DNA of 32,000 nt from an uncultured bacterium (GCA_963699255.1 OY969425.1:810001-842000), one strand, 5' to 3'; shown: positions 7,390 to 17,998, numbered from the stretch's first letter. The notes: generated from the letters alone by a model not told the origin. Program-made: numbers and translations.

Positions 7390-9180
7390 TCACCTGGAAC
7401 CTTCTGCGCCAAGAAAACCCTTATAGTCATCCATCTCTTTCTTCAGCATCTCCGTATGAGAGAATATTTCGACCAGATCTTCCATTGTGGCCTTCTCATT
7501 GAGCTGTTTCCTGCTCAAATATCCCAGAACGTTTATTTCACTCGTCTTTGCAGCTTTGGACATTATACGCGCGAGCTCAGCTCTGGTAAGAATAGCGTTA
7601 GGTTTAAAAGTGCCGTTCCCGTAACCCTGCATTATGCCGGCAGACTTGACCGCGCTGATGAAATCTGCCGCCCAAAAATCCTGGCTGACATCCTTAAAGG
7701 CGGTTTTTTGAAACTGTACGGTCTCCAGCTTTCTGGCTTTTGAAATGATCATCGCCAGCATTCCTCTTGAGAGCTCTTTGTTCAAGTTATAATCTTTCCC
7801 AAGATAACGGAAGAATTCCGTATAGATAACCACGTCTTCAAAATACTTGTTCCGCGCATCTTCCGGTGCGAGGTCAGGAGGAAGATAAAACCTGATTATT
7901 TTTCTTGCGAACTCGGCCTCCGCGTTGCTCGTATCTTTTAATCTTATTTTTATTTCATTCCTGCCGATATTGAGAGGAACGGGCGTCTCAAAAGTCATGT
8001 CGCTTCTGATCCTCACTTTTTCTCCGTTTATCCAAACATCGGTCACATCTGTCTCAACGGTGCCGCTGAAAGTCTGCTCGGCATCCAGAGTGTACAGGTT
8101 GGCGGCAGGGATGATCGATATTTTTTGCGCGATCGCCTTTACCGGCGCAGCGGCCTCGGCGACCGCCTCAGCTGTCGGAGCTGTAACCTCTTCTTTTTTC
8201 GGCGGCGGAGCTTCCCGCACATAACCGGCGCCGCTGCTGAAAGTAAGAGAAAAAATGTTCGAAGCGAAACTTGACTGTTCATAGTTCTGCATGAATGCCA
8301 GGTCCGCCATTATCCCCGAATACTCAAAACCCAGTCCAAAGGTCATGTTGGTCGTCAGTGTGCCGCCTTCCGCGCCGCTTGCCTCTTGATCATAGCCGGC
8401 CCTGAGTCTCAAACTCGGGTGGATCCTCCATTCCACGCCAATGTGCATCGGCCAGGGTGTGTCCGGTCCGCTTAGGAACATATCCTGATCAAGCGCGAAT
8501 CTGGCATCATGCTCCAGCCAGTAGAACGATACTCCGATCTTTACTATAGAGGGGATGGTCTCCGGCGGCTCGTAACCGTAAAGCCTGGATCCGCTTACCG
8601 CATTTTGAAGGTTCAATCCGTAGGAGATCCATTTTTCAGGAACATATTTAAGTCCAAGATCAATGTTGTAACCTGTTCCGGCGGCATTTACGTCGCCGGT
8701 AAATCCTTTCGAATAATATTTCAAAGTTGCTCCGCCATAAAGATCGGGTTCGTCCCCCGTGGATGACCGGCCTTCTCCAATATCTCTTCCGTAAGACAGA
8801 ACAAAGGCCTGGTTATAGAAATCCGTTGTGCCTCCGCCTGAAACAGCAATGCCGCCTGATCTTGACCCGACATATCCTACACCGAAAACACCTGCCGGTG
8901 TGGGAGTGGCGCCGCAGACCATCGTATATTGATATTCATTCAGGAAATTTGAGCTCATAGTGGAGATGGCCCAGCTTTTCAGGCTACCGAGTCCGGCGGG
9001 ATTCAAGAACATGGCGTTCATGTCGTCCGCAACGGCAACAAAAGCCCGTCCCATGCCTAAAGGACGAGCCCCGATCCCGACAGAAATAGGATCATCATAA
9101 TAAATGACCCCGTAGGAACCCGCGGGGTATAGAGTTAAAACAAAAAATACCGCGACCAGCAGTTTCCTTAAAATTTTCAT
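7390..9180 (-). CDS. outer-membrane FadL/TodX/PorV-like beta-barrel fused to a Pro/Ala linker, an Ig-like module and C-terminal SLH domain(s)
   Basis: Signal peptide MKILRKLLVAVFFVLTLYPAGSYG. N-terminal hatch-like motif GARPLGMGRAFVAVADDMNAMFLNPAGLG. Alternating aromatic/Gly beta-strand pattern up to ~aa 320. Linker APPPKKEEVTAPTAEAVAEAAAP. C-terminal SLH signature FKDVSQDFWAADFISAVKSAGIMQGYGNGTFKPNAILTRAELARIMSKA. The start overlaps the upstream stop (ATGA at 9177-9180). Confidence 0.75.
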   Translation of the reverse strand: MKILRKLLVAVFFVLTLYPAGSYGVIYYDDPISVGIGARPLGMGRAFVAVADDMNAMFLNPAGLGSLKSWAISTMSSNFLNEYQYTMVCGATPTPAGVFGVGYVGSRSGGIAVSGGGTTDFYNQAFVLSYGRDIGEGRSSTGDEPDLYGGATLKYYSKGFTGDVNAAGTGYNIDLGLKYVPEKWISYGLNLQNAVSGSRLYGYEPPETIPSIVKIGVSFYWLEHDARFALDQDMFLSGPDTPWPMHIGVEWRIHPSLRLRAGYDQEASGAEGGTLTTNMTFGLGFEYSGIMADLAFMQNYEQSSFASNIFSLTFSSGAGYVREAPPPKKEEVTAPTAEAVAEAAAPVKAIAQKISIIPAANLYTLDAEQTFSGTVETDVTDVWINGEKVRIRSDMTFETPVPLNIGRNEIKIRLKDTSNAEAEFARKIIRFYLPPDLAPEDARNKYFEDVVIYTEFFRYLGKDYNLNKELSRGMLAMIISKARKLETVQFQKTAFKDVSQDFWAADFISAVKSAGIMQGYGNGTFKPNAILTRAELARIMSKAAKTSEINVLGYLSRKQLNEKATMEDLVEIFSHTEMLKKEMDDYKGFLGAEGSR

Positions 9181-10052
9181 TGGCGGAGTATAACTATCTT
9201 TATCCGATCAAGCTCTCTGGCGCTGCCGCCGGATCCTGAAACGATGCTGAGTAAATAAACGCCGGAAGGCAATTCCTGGTTGAAATCCGATATGGCGTTC
9301 CAGGGAACGGAGTTTTCTCCGGCCGCTCCGCCGTTCTCTCCCGCCGGGATCGTCTTCTGCCAGGCGATCGCGCCTCTCTGGTTGAATAAATAAAGCGTTA
9401 TTGTCGCCGAGGTATTGAGCGTGTATTTTATCATTGTAGGGCCGTTGTACGGGTTGAACGGATTCGGCTCGTTGAAGGGAGTCCCGATCACCTCCACACG
9501 ATTATGGGACAGGACAGCAAACCCCTTGGCAAGGGTGCCTATCTTGCCGTAACCTGTATTTATGACCGCCACATTGCGCGCTCCGGTAACAGCGCCGGTC
9601 AGGTCAAAAGTACATTCCATGCTCGTTGAACTTTCGATCGTGACCGTTGTTCCGTCAATGTCCGTCAGGCTTGGGCCGGTGAGTCTGGCTGTAGCGTCTG
9701 AGGAAATATTCCAGCCGTTAATGATCACCCTGTATGACGTGTAATTATACCCGGTCGCCGGTTTGATGGCTTTGACCACGGGCGTTTCAGCCGTTGCTGC
9801 AGCGCCTGTGCCGTAAACTATGCCCAGGAACCTGCTTTCCAGCGTGTGGCTTGAGTTCGTCATTGCCTTCGGGGCGACTTCCCTCAGTTTGCCGAACAGC
9901 TTGTGGCTGGTCGATCCCATGGAAGCACCGCCAAGGTCAATGACCTCGGAGGATATCGCGTAGTCTGCGTTGGTGGCGGCAAGTGAAGCCGGTGAAGTGA
10001 AAAATAATAATATTATAAGTATTTCGATCGCATGTTTATTCACATTAAACAC
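9177..10052 (-). CDS. secreted protein with IPT/Ig-like middle part and FlgD-Ig / T9SS-type C-terminal-domain-like tail
   Basis: Signal peptide ..ILIILLFFTSPASLAATNA. The C-terminal ~90 aa follow the FlgD_ig/Por-secretion-tail pattern (NPFNPYNGPTMIKYTL..ATITLYLFNQRGAIAWQKTI...VPWN....LPSGVYLL). GTG start. Translationally coupled to the barrel gene. Confidence 0.65.
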   Translation of the reverse strand: MFNVNKHAIEILIILLFFTSPASLAATNADYAISSEVIDLGGASMGSTSHKLFGKLREVAPKAMTNSSHTLESRFLGIVYGTGAAATAETPVVKAIKPATGYNYTSYRVIINGWNISSDATARLTGPSLTDIDGTTVTIESSTSMECTFDLTGAVTGARNVAVINTGYGKIGTLAKGFAVLSHNRVEVIGTPFNEPNPFNPYNGPTMIKYTLNTSATITLYLFNQRGAIAWQKTIPAGENGGAAGENSVPWNAISDFNQELPSGVYLLSIVSGSGGSARELDRIKIVILRQ

Positions 10053-10089
10053 TTATTATTTTAGTTCCTTAATTATTTTATATGATCCT

Positions 10090-13000
10090 TTATATGATTT
10101 GAACCGCAATCCAGTTTGTTGGATGGCTTGCGGAGTTGCTGCTGTCAGTTATTTGGACGTTATTTCCGGATAAACCACAGGAGATACCTGTTGCCGTAAA
10201 TTCACTTTGGACCTTAACATGATAGGTACTGTCATAGGCATCCCAGCGACAGAAAGCCAGCCATTTTCCGATGCCAAGCGTAGCCCCATAGTCTGCTGCC
10301 GGCCCTGAGGCGGTAATTTCCCACACTTCCGGGGCAGATCCTCCTAAAGTTAGTATAGTAGTAGCGCTGGTAGCAGTTATACTGCCGGAAGTTGTATAAA
10401 ACCCCGTGGCTTTCACGCTGCCACTTACCTCTAATAACTCTCCTGGAGTGTTCGTCCCTATACCCACATTCCCGGTTTTAAATATCGCACTATATGTGCC
10501 CCCTGCTATATCAACCTCATGAGGGGTGACACTATTATAAAAGACCCCTCCCCAACCACCTGAACTGTTAGCCTGTCCCAAGATGCCCTGGCCAGCTACG
10601 GTATTCCCTGCAATTGCACCATATGTAAAGTCACCAACTGAACTTCCGTTATTAACAGTCAACTTACTTCCTGGATTCGTCGTCCCGATGCCAACATTGC
10701 CTGTACCGCCGGCATTTACAAAAATTGAAGGTACAGCGCCTTCTAGAGTGGTTACCTGCAATTTCCCCGTCGGACTTGTCGTCCCTATACCAACGCTGCC
10801 CTGCAAAAGGGTTTTTGTAATTGAGCTGTTGCCCAATACAACTGCGTTTGATGCCGTCGCCTGCGCGCTGTATCCTATTGCGATGGCGTTTGTAAGGTTG
10901 TTAACCGAAGTATTGGCGCTCTCCCCAATGAAAACGCACTGATTATTGTTATCGAGTGTTGTTCCTGAATTGAATCCGGCGCGATAACCGAACCCCACAT
11001 TGTCGCTTCCGGTAGCGTTGCTGTACAAAGCGCCGTCACCCATAGCGGTATTGTTATTTCCCGTTGTGTTCATGTCGAGCGCGGGGTTTCCGACCGCCGA
11101 GTTCCTGCCGCCGCTTGTGTTGCTTGAAAGCGCGCCGAATCCCAGTGCCGTATTGTCGAAGCCGGTGCTATTGCTTCCAAGCACGTTATATCCAACGGCG
11201 GTATTGCCGCCGACCGACGTAGAGGTACTTCCGCCGGCATTGTATCCTATGAACGTCTCTTGAAATCCTGACGTATTATCAAAATCCATATTCAACGATG
11301 AGCTTTTAACTTGTAAAGTGTTATTCGGACTCGTCGTCCCGATGCCGACCCTATTATTAGCTGGATTAACAATTAATGCGGAAGAATCCACAGTAAGATA
11401 TCCGGTAGTCGAGATATTTATGGCTGAATTCAAGTCTGATCCAACTATCGTCCCATCAAGTATCGCGTCTGAGGTTACTGAACCTGTTCCCATATTCACA
11501 GCTGTTATCGTGTTGTTCGCTATAGCATCAGAAGTAACCGAATCCGACCCCATATTCGCTGCTGTTATCGTGTTGTTCGCTATCTTCGCTCCCGTAACAT
11601 TGGCATTGAGTATCTTTGCGGTTATTACCGCGTTTGATCCTATTGCATCTGCTGTCACTGAACCTGTTCCCATATTCGTCGCATTGATGGTGTTATTGGC
11701 TATAGCATCATTAGTCACTGAGTTTGTTCCCATATTCGCCGCTGTGATCGTGTTATTCGCTATCTTCGCTCCTGTTACATTGGCATTGAGTATCTTTGCG
11801 GTTATTACCGCGTTTGATCCTATTGCATCTGCTGTCACTGAACCTGTTCCCATATTCGTCGCATTGATGGTGTTATTGGCTATAGCATCATTAGTCACTG
11901 AGTTTGTTCCCATATTCGCCGCTGTGATCGTGTTATTCGCTATCTTCGCTCCTGTTACATTGGCGTTGAGGATCTTTGCGGTTATTACCGCGTTTGATCC
12001 TATTGCATCTGCTGTTACAGATCCTGTTCCCATATTCGCCGCTGTGATCGTGTTATTCGATATGGCTCCCGTAGTTACTACTCCACTCCCAAAATATGAT
12101 GCCTGTAACTTACCGACGCCTATTGTTGGGCTTGGATATGTCCCCGTCAAATCTCCTGAAGCGCTCCCTCCGGGCGCCACTCCTGATATTGTTGTGTTCG
12201 ATGCCGCCGTTAATCTCCCATCTGCATCTACCGTATATGTGCCAACTTGTGTAGCGCTCCCGTATGTCCCCGCTGTTACTGCTGTCGATGCCAGCGCGTC
12301 AGCTGTTACTGAGTTGGTTGCCATATTCGCTGCTACAATCGTGTTGTTCGCTATCGCATCATTAGTCACTGAATCTGAACCCATCTTGGATGCTGTGATC
12401 GTGTTATTGGCTATGGCTCCCGTAGTTACTACTCCACTCCCAAAATATGATGCCTGTAACTTACCGACGCCTATTGTTGGGCTTGGATATGTCCCCGTTA
12501 AGTCTCCTGAAGCGCTTCCCCCAGGTGCTACTCCTGATATTGTGGTATTTGATGCTGCTGTTAATCTACCATCAGCACCTACTGTATAGGTGCCGACCTG
12601 TGTAGCAGAACCGTATGACCCCGCTGTTACTGCTGTCGATGCTAATGCGTCTGATGTTACTGAACCTGTTCCCATATTCACAGCTGTTATCGTATTATTA
12701 GCTATCTTCGCCCCTGTAACATTTGCATTGAGGATCTTTGCGGTTATTACGGCATTTGATCCTATTGCGTCTGATGTTACTGATCCTGTTCCCATATTTG
12801 ATGCAGCGATCGTGTTGTTCGCTATCTTCGAGTTTGTAACTGCACCGGATGCGATAGTCGGGCTTGGATATGTTCCCGTCAGATCCCCTGAAGCGCTTCC
12901 TCCCGGGGCTACTCCTGATATTGTGGTATTTGATGCTGCTGTTAATCTACCATCAGCACCTACTGTATAGGTGCCGACCTGTGTAGCAGAACCGTATGAC

Positions 13001-16000
13001 CCCGCTGTTACTGCTGTCGATGCTAATGCGTCTGATGTTACTGAACCTGTTCCCATATTCACAGCTGTTATCGTATTATTAGCTATCTTCGCCCCTGTAA
13101 CATTTGCATTGAGGATCTTTGCGGTTATTACGGCATTTGATCCTATTGCGTCTGATGTTACTGATCCTGTTCCCATATTTGATGCAGCGATCGTGTTGTT
13201 CGCTATCTTCGAGTTTGTAACTGCACCGGATGCGATAGTCGGGCTTGGATATGTTCCCGTCAGATCCCCTGAAGCGCTTCCTCCCGGGGCTACTCCTGAT
13301 ATTGTGGTATTTGATGCTGCTGTTAATCTACCATCAGCACCTACTGTATAGGTGCCGACCTGTGTAGCAGAACCGTATGACCCCGCTGTTACTGCTGTCG
13401 ATGCTAATGCGTCTGATGTTACTGAACCTGTTCCCATATTCACAGCTGTTATCGTATTATTAGCTATCTTCGCCCCTGTAACATTTGCATTGAGGATCTT
13501 TGCGGTTATTACGGCATTTGATCCTATTGCGTCTGATGTTACTGATCCTGTTCCCATATTTGATGCAGCGATCGTGTTGTTCGCTATCTTCGAGTTTGTA
13601 ACTGCACCGGATGCGATAGTCGGGCTTGGATATGTTCCCGTCAGATCCCCTGAAGCGCTTCCTCCCGGGGCTACTCCTGATATTGTTGTGTTCGATGCTG
13701 CCGTTAATCTACCGTCAGCATCTACCGTATATGTTCCCACCTGTGTCGCGCTTCCGTATGACCCTGCTGTTACTGCTGTCGATGCCAAGGCATCTGCTGT
13801 TACTGAGTTGGTTGTCATCTTTGCCGCTGTAATGGTGTTATTCGCTATCGCATCAGAAGTCACCGAGTTCGTTCCCATTTTGACCGCTGTTATGGTGTTA
13901 TTCGCTATGGCTCCTGTAGTTACCACTCCACTCCCAAAATATGATGCCTGGATCTTACCGACGCCTATTGTAGGGCTTGGATATGTTCCCGTCAGGTCTC
14001 CTGAAGCGCTTCCTCCGGGCGCCACTCCAGATATTGTTGTGTTCGATGCTGCGGTTAACCTTCCGTCTGCATCTACCGTATATGTTCCCACCTGTGTCGC
14101 GCTTCCGTATGACCCCGCTGTTACTGCTGTCGATGCCAGCGCATCTGCTGTTACTGAGTTCGTTCCCATATATGATGCTTGGATCTTACCAACGCCTATT
14201 GTAGGGCTTGGATATGTCCCCGTTAAGTCTCCTGAAGCGCTTCCTCCGGGCGCCACTCCAGATATTGTTGTGTTCGATGCTGCGGTTAATCTACCATCAG
14301 CACCTACTGTATAGGTGCCGACCTGTGTAGCAGAACCGTATGACCCCGCTGTTACTGCTGTCGATGCCAGCGCATCTGCTGTTACTGAGTTTGTTCCCAT
14401 ATTTGATGCTGTTATCGTGTTATCAGCTATCTTCGCCCCTGTAACATTTGCATTGAGGATCTTTGCGGTTATTACGGCATTTGATGCTATTGCGTCTGAT
14501 GTTACTGAGTTCGTTCCCATATATGATGCCTGGATCTTACCGACGCCTATTGTAGGGCTTGGATATGTCCCCGTTAAGTCTCCTGAAGCGCTTCCTCCGG
14601 GCGCCACTCCAGATATTGTTGTGTTCGATGCTGCGGTTAACCTTCCGTCTGCATCTACCGTATATGTTCCCACCTGTGTCGCGCTTCCGTATGACCCCGC
14701 TGTTACTGCTGTCGATGCCAGCGCATCTGCTGTTACTGAGTTCGTTCCCATATATGATGCCTGGATCTTACCAACGCCTATTGTAGGGCTTGGATATGTC
14801 CCCGTTAAGTCTCCTGAAGCGCTTCCTCCGGGCGCCACTCCAGATATTGTTGTGTTCGATGCTGCGGTTAACCTTCCGTCTGCATCTACCGTATATGTTC
14901 CCACCTGTGTCGCGCTTCCGTATGACCCCGCTGTTACTGCTGTCGATGCCAGCGCATCTGCTGTTACTGAGTTCGTTCCCATATATGATGCTTGGATCTT
15001 ACCAACGCCTATTGTAGGGCTTGGATATGTCCCCGTTAAGTCTCCTGAAGCGCTTCCTCCGGGCGCCACTCCAGATATTGTTGTGTTCGATGCTGCGGTT
15101 AACCTTCCGTCTGCATCTACCGTATATGTTCCCACCTGTGTCGCGCTTCCGTATGACCCCGCTGTTACTGCTGTCGATGCCAGCGCATCTGCTGTTACTG
15201 AGTTCGTTCCCATATATGATGCTTGGATCTTACCAACGCCTATTGTAGGGCTTGGATATGTCCCCGTTAAGTCTCCTGAAGCGCTTCCTCCGGGCGCCAC
15301 TCCAGATATTGTTGTGTTCGATGCTGCGGTTAACCTTCCGTCTGCATCTACCGTATATGTTCCCACCTGTGTCGCGCTTCCGTATGACCCCGCTGTTACT
15401 GCTGTTGATGCCAATGCGTCTGATGTTACTGAACCTGTTCCCATATTCAAAGCTGTGATCGTATTATTTGCTATCTTCGATGTCGTAACCGCGCCGGATG
15501 CGATAGTGGGATTTGGATATGTTCCTGTTAGATCCCCTCCGGCGCTTCCCGCCGGATTAATAGTAACATTTGTAGCGCCTGTTATTCTCCCATCTGCATC
15601 TACTGTTATTAAAGTAGCTTGTGTAGTAGAGCCATATGTCCCGGCGGTTACTGCTGTCGGAGCTAACGCATCTGTTGTTACTGAACCTTTTCCCATATTC
15701 AAAGCTGTGATCGTGTTGTTCGCTATGGCTCCCGAAGTTACCACGCCACTTCCAAAATATGATGCCTGGAGCTTACCTACGCCTATCGTCGGATCTGGAT
15801 ATGTCCCCGTCAGGTCTCCTCCCGCACTTCCTCCTGGGGCTACTCCTGATATAGCAACGTTTGATGCACCTGTTAATCGTCCGTCTGCATCTACCGTTAC
15901 TAACGCAGATTGTGTTGTTGATCCATATGTACCGGCCGTTACTGTTGTCGATGCTAACGCGTCTGCCGTTACCGAATTTGTTCCCATATTCGCCGCTGTG

Positions 16001-16929
16001 ATCGTATTATTCGCTATCTTCGCTCCCGTGACATTGGCATTAAGGATCTTCACTGTTGTTACCGCGTTTGATGCTATATCAGCTGCCACTATTGTTCCAT
16101 CTAAAATAGCTCCTGTAGTTACCACTCCAGTTCCGAAATATGATGCCTGTAACTTTCCGGCTCCTATCGTCGGGTTTGGATATGTTCCTGTCAGAATCTC
16201 CTCCTGCGCTTCCTCCAGGCGCTACTCCTGATATTGTGGTATTTGATGCCGCCGTCAATCTCCCGTCCGCGTCTACCGTATATGTGCCCACCTGCGTCGC
16301 GCTTCCGTATGACCCCGCTGTTACTGCTGTCGATGCCAGCGCATCAGCTGTTACCGAGTTTGTTCCCATATTTGATGCCGTGATCGTGTTGTTCGCTATG
16401 GCTCCTGAAGTGACCGCTCCTGTTGTCAGCATTGCCGCAGTTATTGAAGCATTTGAAGGCGTTCTTGTATCTGAAAGTCTTGTGTCATCAGCAGTTACCA
16501 CATGACAAGCGGATGTATCAGCAGATGGAGTTTCAAGTGAAACAACACCTTGAACTGCAGTTGTCGCTGCTGTTGAACATGTCGTCGCGGTCCCCGATAA
16601 GGTAGAATAAGCCACAGATCCAGAACAGGCGGACGATATTCCTGAAAGAGCGGCATAATTAGCAGTTAAAGCAGTGTCGGCATTTACATTCGGTTCCCAT
16701 ATGAGCAGCCCAGAACCGTCGTTCTTTAAATATGTATTTGCGGACCCTTGTAAAGACGGCCAGGTATATATAAGCCCGTTAAATTTGATGTATGCGGCAT
16801 CCAGAGTGCCGGTAACCGTTATAGGCCCATTTACTGCTTCAGGGAACCGGGTCCCGGGCCTCCAGTTTGGATCGCCAGAGCCGGCACGCTCATCAAAATA
16901 AGGATCGCCCATATCACTGACCTTTTCAT
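10090..16929 (-). CDS. giant (~2,280 codon) secreted tail-fibre-like repeat protein, split into three reading frames by two 1-nt indels (pseudogene, phase variant or assembly error)
   Basis: Three consecutive pieces make one gene: a 32-codon ORF from ATG 16929 not listed in the ORF track (MKRSVIWAILILMSVPALA, SD aggaagggg), the 277-aa ORF 16079..16912, and the 2011-aa ORF 10090..16125. The signal peptide joins FPEAVNGPITVTG if 1 nt is added near 16845-16850. The repeat consensus GGDLTGTYPNPTIGAGKLQASYF is restored by deleting one A at 16195-16196. The body has more than a dozen GDLTGTYP(S/N)PTI modules. The C-terminal part has Hep_Hag/YadA-head-like NTA(V/L)G repeats and four VGIGTTxPxxxLxV motifs typical of tail-fibre-domain proteins. 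Confidence 0.8.
11461..12060 (-). repeat. coding tandem repeat, 180-bp unit (3.3 copies) made of three 60-bp subunits
   Basis: Sequence lines 11641-11760 and 11821-11940 are identical. 11761-11820 versus 11941-12000 differ at 2 nt. Every 60-nt block begins tat.gcatc and contains ttcccatattc. Encodes 60-aa units of IANNTITAANMGTNSVTNDA / IANNTINATNMGTGSVTADA / IGSNAVITAKILNANVTGAK. Confidence 0.9.
12527..13686 (-). repeat. coding tandem repeat, 381-bp unit, about 3.04 perfectly identical copies
   Basis: The antisense ORFs 12590..12970, 12971..13351 and the start of 13352.. are identical, as are the corresponding sequence lines. Identity begins at gctactcctg (12527) and ends near 13686. Confidence 0.9.
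13940..15405 (-). repeat. coding tandem repeats, 231-bp unit: ~1.5 copies at 13940-14290 and ~3.9 near-identical copies at 14504-15405
   Basis: Antisense ORFs at 14559, 14790, 15021 and 15252 are spaced exactly 231 nt apart and are virtually identical. The unit encodes 77 aa: GVAPGGSASGDLTGTYPSPTIGVGKIQASYMGTNSVTADALASTAVTAGSYGSATQVGTYTVDADGRLTAASNTTIS. Confidence 0.9.
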
Positions 16930-17056
16930 TGGCATCCCCTTCCTTTTAAAGATCCGGGCTTGCTATATTTGTAATCATATTGCTCCCGGCATGAGCAGCC
17001 AGCAGATATCCGCTCCTGAGGAGTAAGGCAGGTTTCGCTCTTGGAGAAGAGAGATC

Positions 17057-17998
17057 TTATTGCTTGGGCTGTATGCTTATCTTGCCAGCATCCGCCCAGT
17101 CGCTCTCAGCTCCCAGGCCAGTTATTATCCCGCCGCTCACATTTATTGTCCGGACCTTTTTCTGGAGCGTGCCATCCGCATTGAGACGGATATCGGTAAC
17201 CTGAACATAATTTTCAGAAATACCATCTGCTCCTTTTTGATTGAATCCGGAGTCAGATCTTACAGCGCCTGAAACGTTCAACCCGCCCCCCTGAAGGACC
17301 ACCCGTCCATTGCCGGATGGTATCAGGGTGATATTTTGGTCCGACCCGCCGGCGGAAAATGTCAAGGCACCGGAACCTGAGATAGAACCATTGTCACTTC
17401 CGGTCCCGCCGTGAGCCGCGCCCAAGATCCCGGAAGTGAGATCCGCGGTCGAGTGCGTATGCCCGCTTAAGGAAACCGCGACGCCGGCTTGCGTGATGGT
17501 CTTAGCATCCAGAGGCCCGGCAACGGTCAGATCATTAGAGCGCAGGGTCGGGACTTCCAGCGACTTGCTGATTATCGCACTATCGGTCTTTAATGTTTTA
17601 GAGCGCAGGTCCGCGGTCTCCATCCACCCATTGGAGATTATCCCGGTATCAACCTTTAATGTTTTCGCGGCATTATCCCAAAGTAAACCGGGGTCTCCCG
17701 CAAATGAATTATCCAGATTGAACTGGAGAGCGCCATTCGACCCTCCAGGGACTATCTCCTTTTGCCATGAGAGTTTTCCTTTGCCTTCATTTTTCAAATA
17801 GGTCCCTGATTCCTGAGTAGAGGGCCAGTTGTAGCTTATCCGGTTGAAAACCGTCAACCCTACAACCTTTATTGCCCCGCTTACCTCCAGTGTTCCTCTT
17901 ATTCCCTCCCTGGCACTGATCCCCGGACCTCCGAACGGAACTGCAAATACCGGTACGCTCAACAACAGGACCATTGCTACTATTAACAGCTTTTTCAT
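17057..17998 (-). CDS. secreted tail-fibre-like protein (313 aa) with HxH / GGTG motif
   Basis: Signal peptide MKKLLIVAMVLLLSVPVFA. N-terminal module shared with the neighbouring genes (ISYNWPSTQESGTYLKNEGKGKLSW). GHTHSTADLTSGILGAAHGGTG resembles the HTH..DIT.G.L...GGTG motif I recall from phage tail-fibre proteins. SD AGGGAGGA upstream. Confidence 0.75.
   Translation of the reverse strand: MKKLLIVAMVLLLSVPVFAVPFGGPGISAREGIRGTLEVSGAIKVVGLTVFNRISYNWPSTQESGTYLKNEGKGKLSWQKEIVPGGSNGALQFNLDNSFAGDPGLLWDNAAKTLKVDTGIISNGWMETADLRSKTLKTDSAIISKSLEVPTLRSNDLTVAGPLDAKTITQAGVAVSLSGHTHSTADLTSGILGAAHGGTGSDNGSISGSGALTFSAGGSDQNITLIPSGNGRVVLQGGGLNVSGAVRSDSGFNQKGADGISENYVQVTDIRLNADGTLQKKVRTINVSGGIITGLGAESDWADAGKISIQPKQ

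Noticed and set aside
11461-15405. CRISPR-like array because of regularly spaced identical repeats
   Set aside because: The units are contiguous (no unique spacers), 60-381 bp long, and lie inside one reading frame encoding a repeat protein.
10583-16505. Long plus-strand ORFs across the giant gene (e.g. 11318..12589, 13352..14314, 14315..16231 of 638 aa, and the repeated 75-aa ORFs)
   Set aside because: These are antisense shadows of the minus-strand repeat gene. Their translations are monotonous hydrophobic strings (VPIFAAVIVLFAIFAPVT) produced by complementing Asn/Thr/Ala/Gly codons. They have no starts with an SD. The minus strand carries signal peptides, SDs and recognisable motifs.
17688-17700. 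13-nt match cggggtctcccgc to the right end of the nfnA hairpin element (25489-25501), as a possible third copy
   Set aside because: Only the 13-mer matches, with no hairpin partner and no left arm. By my estimate, exact 13-mers shared by chance are expected several times in 32 kb on two strands. Both sites happen to encode AGDP.
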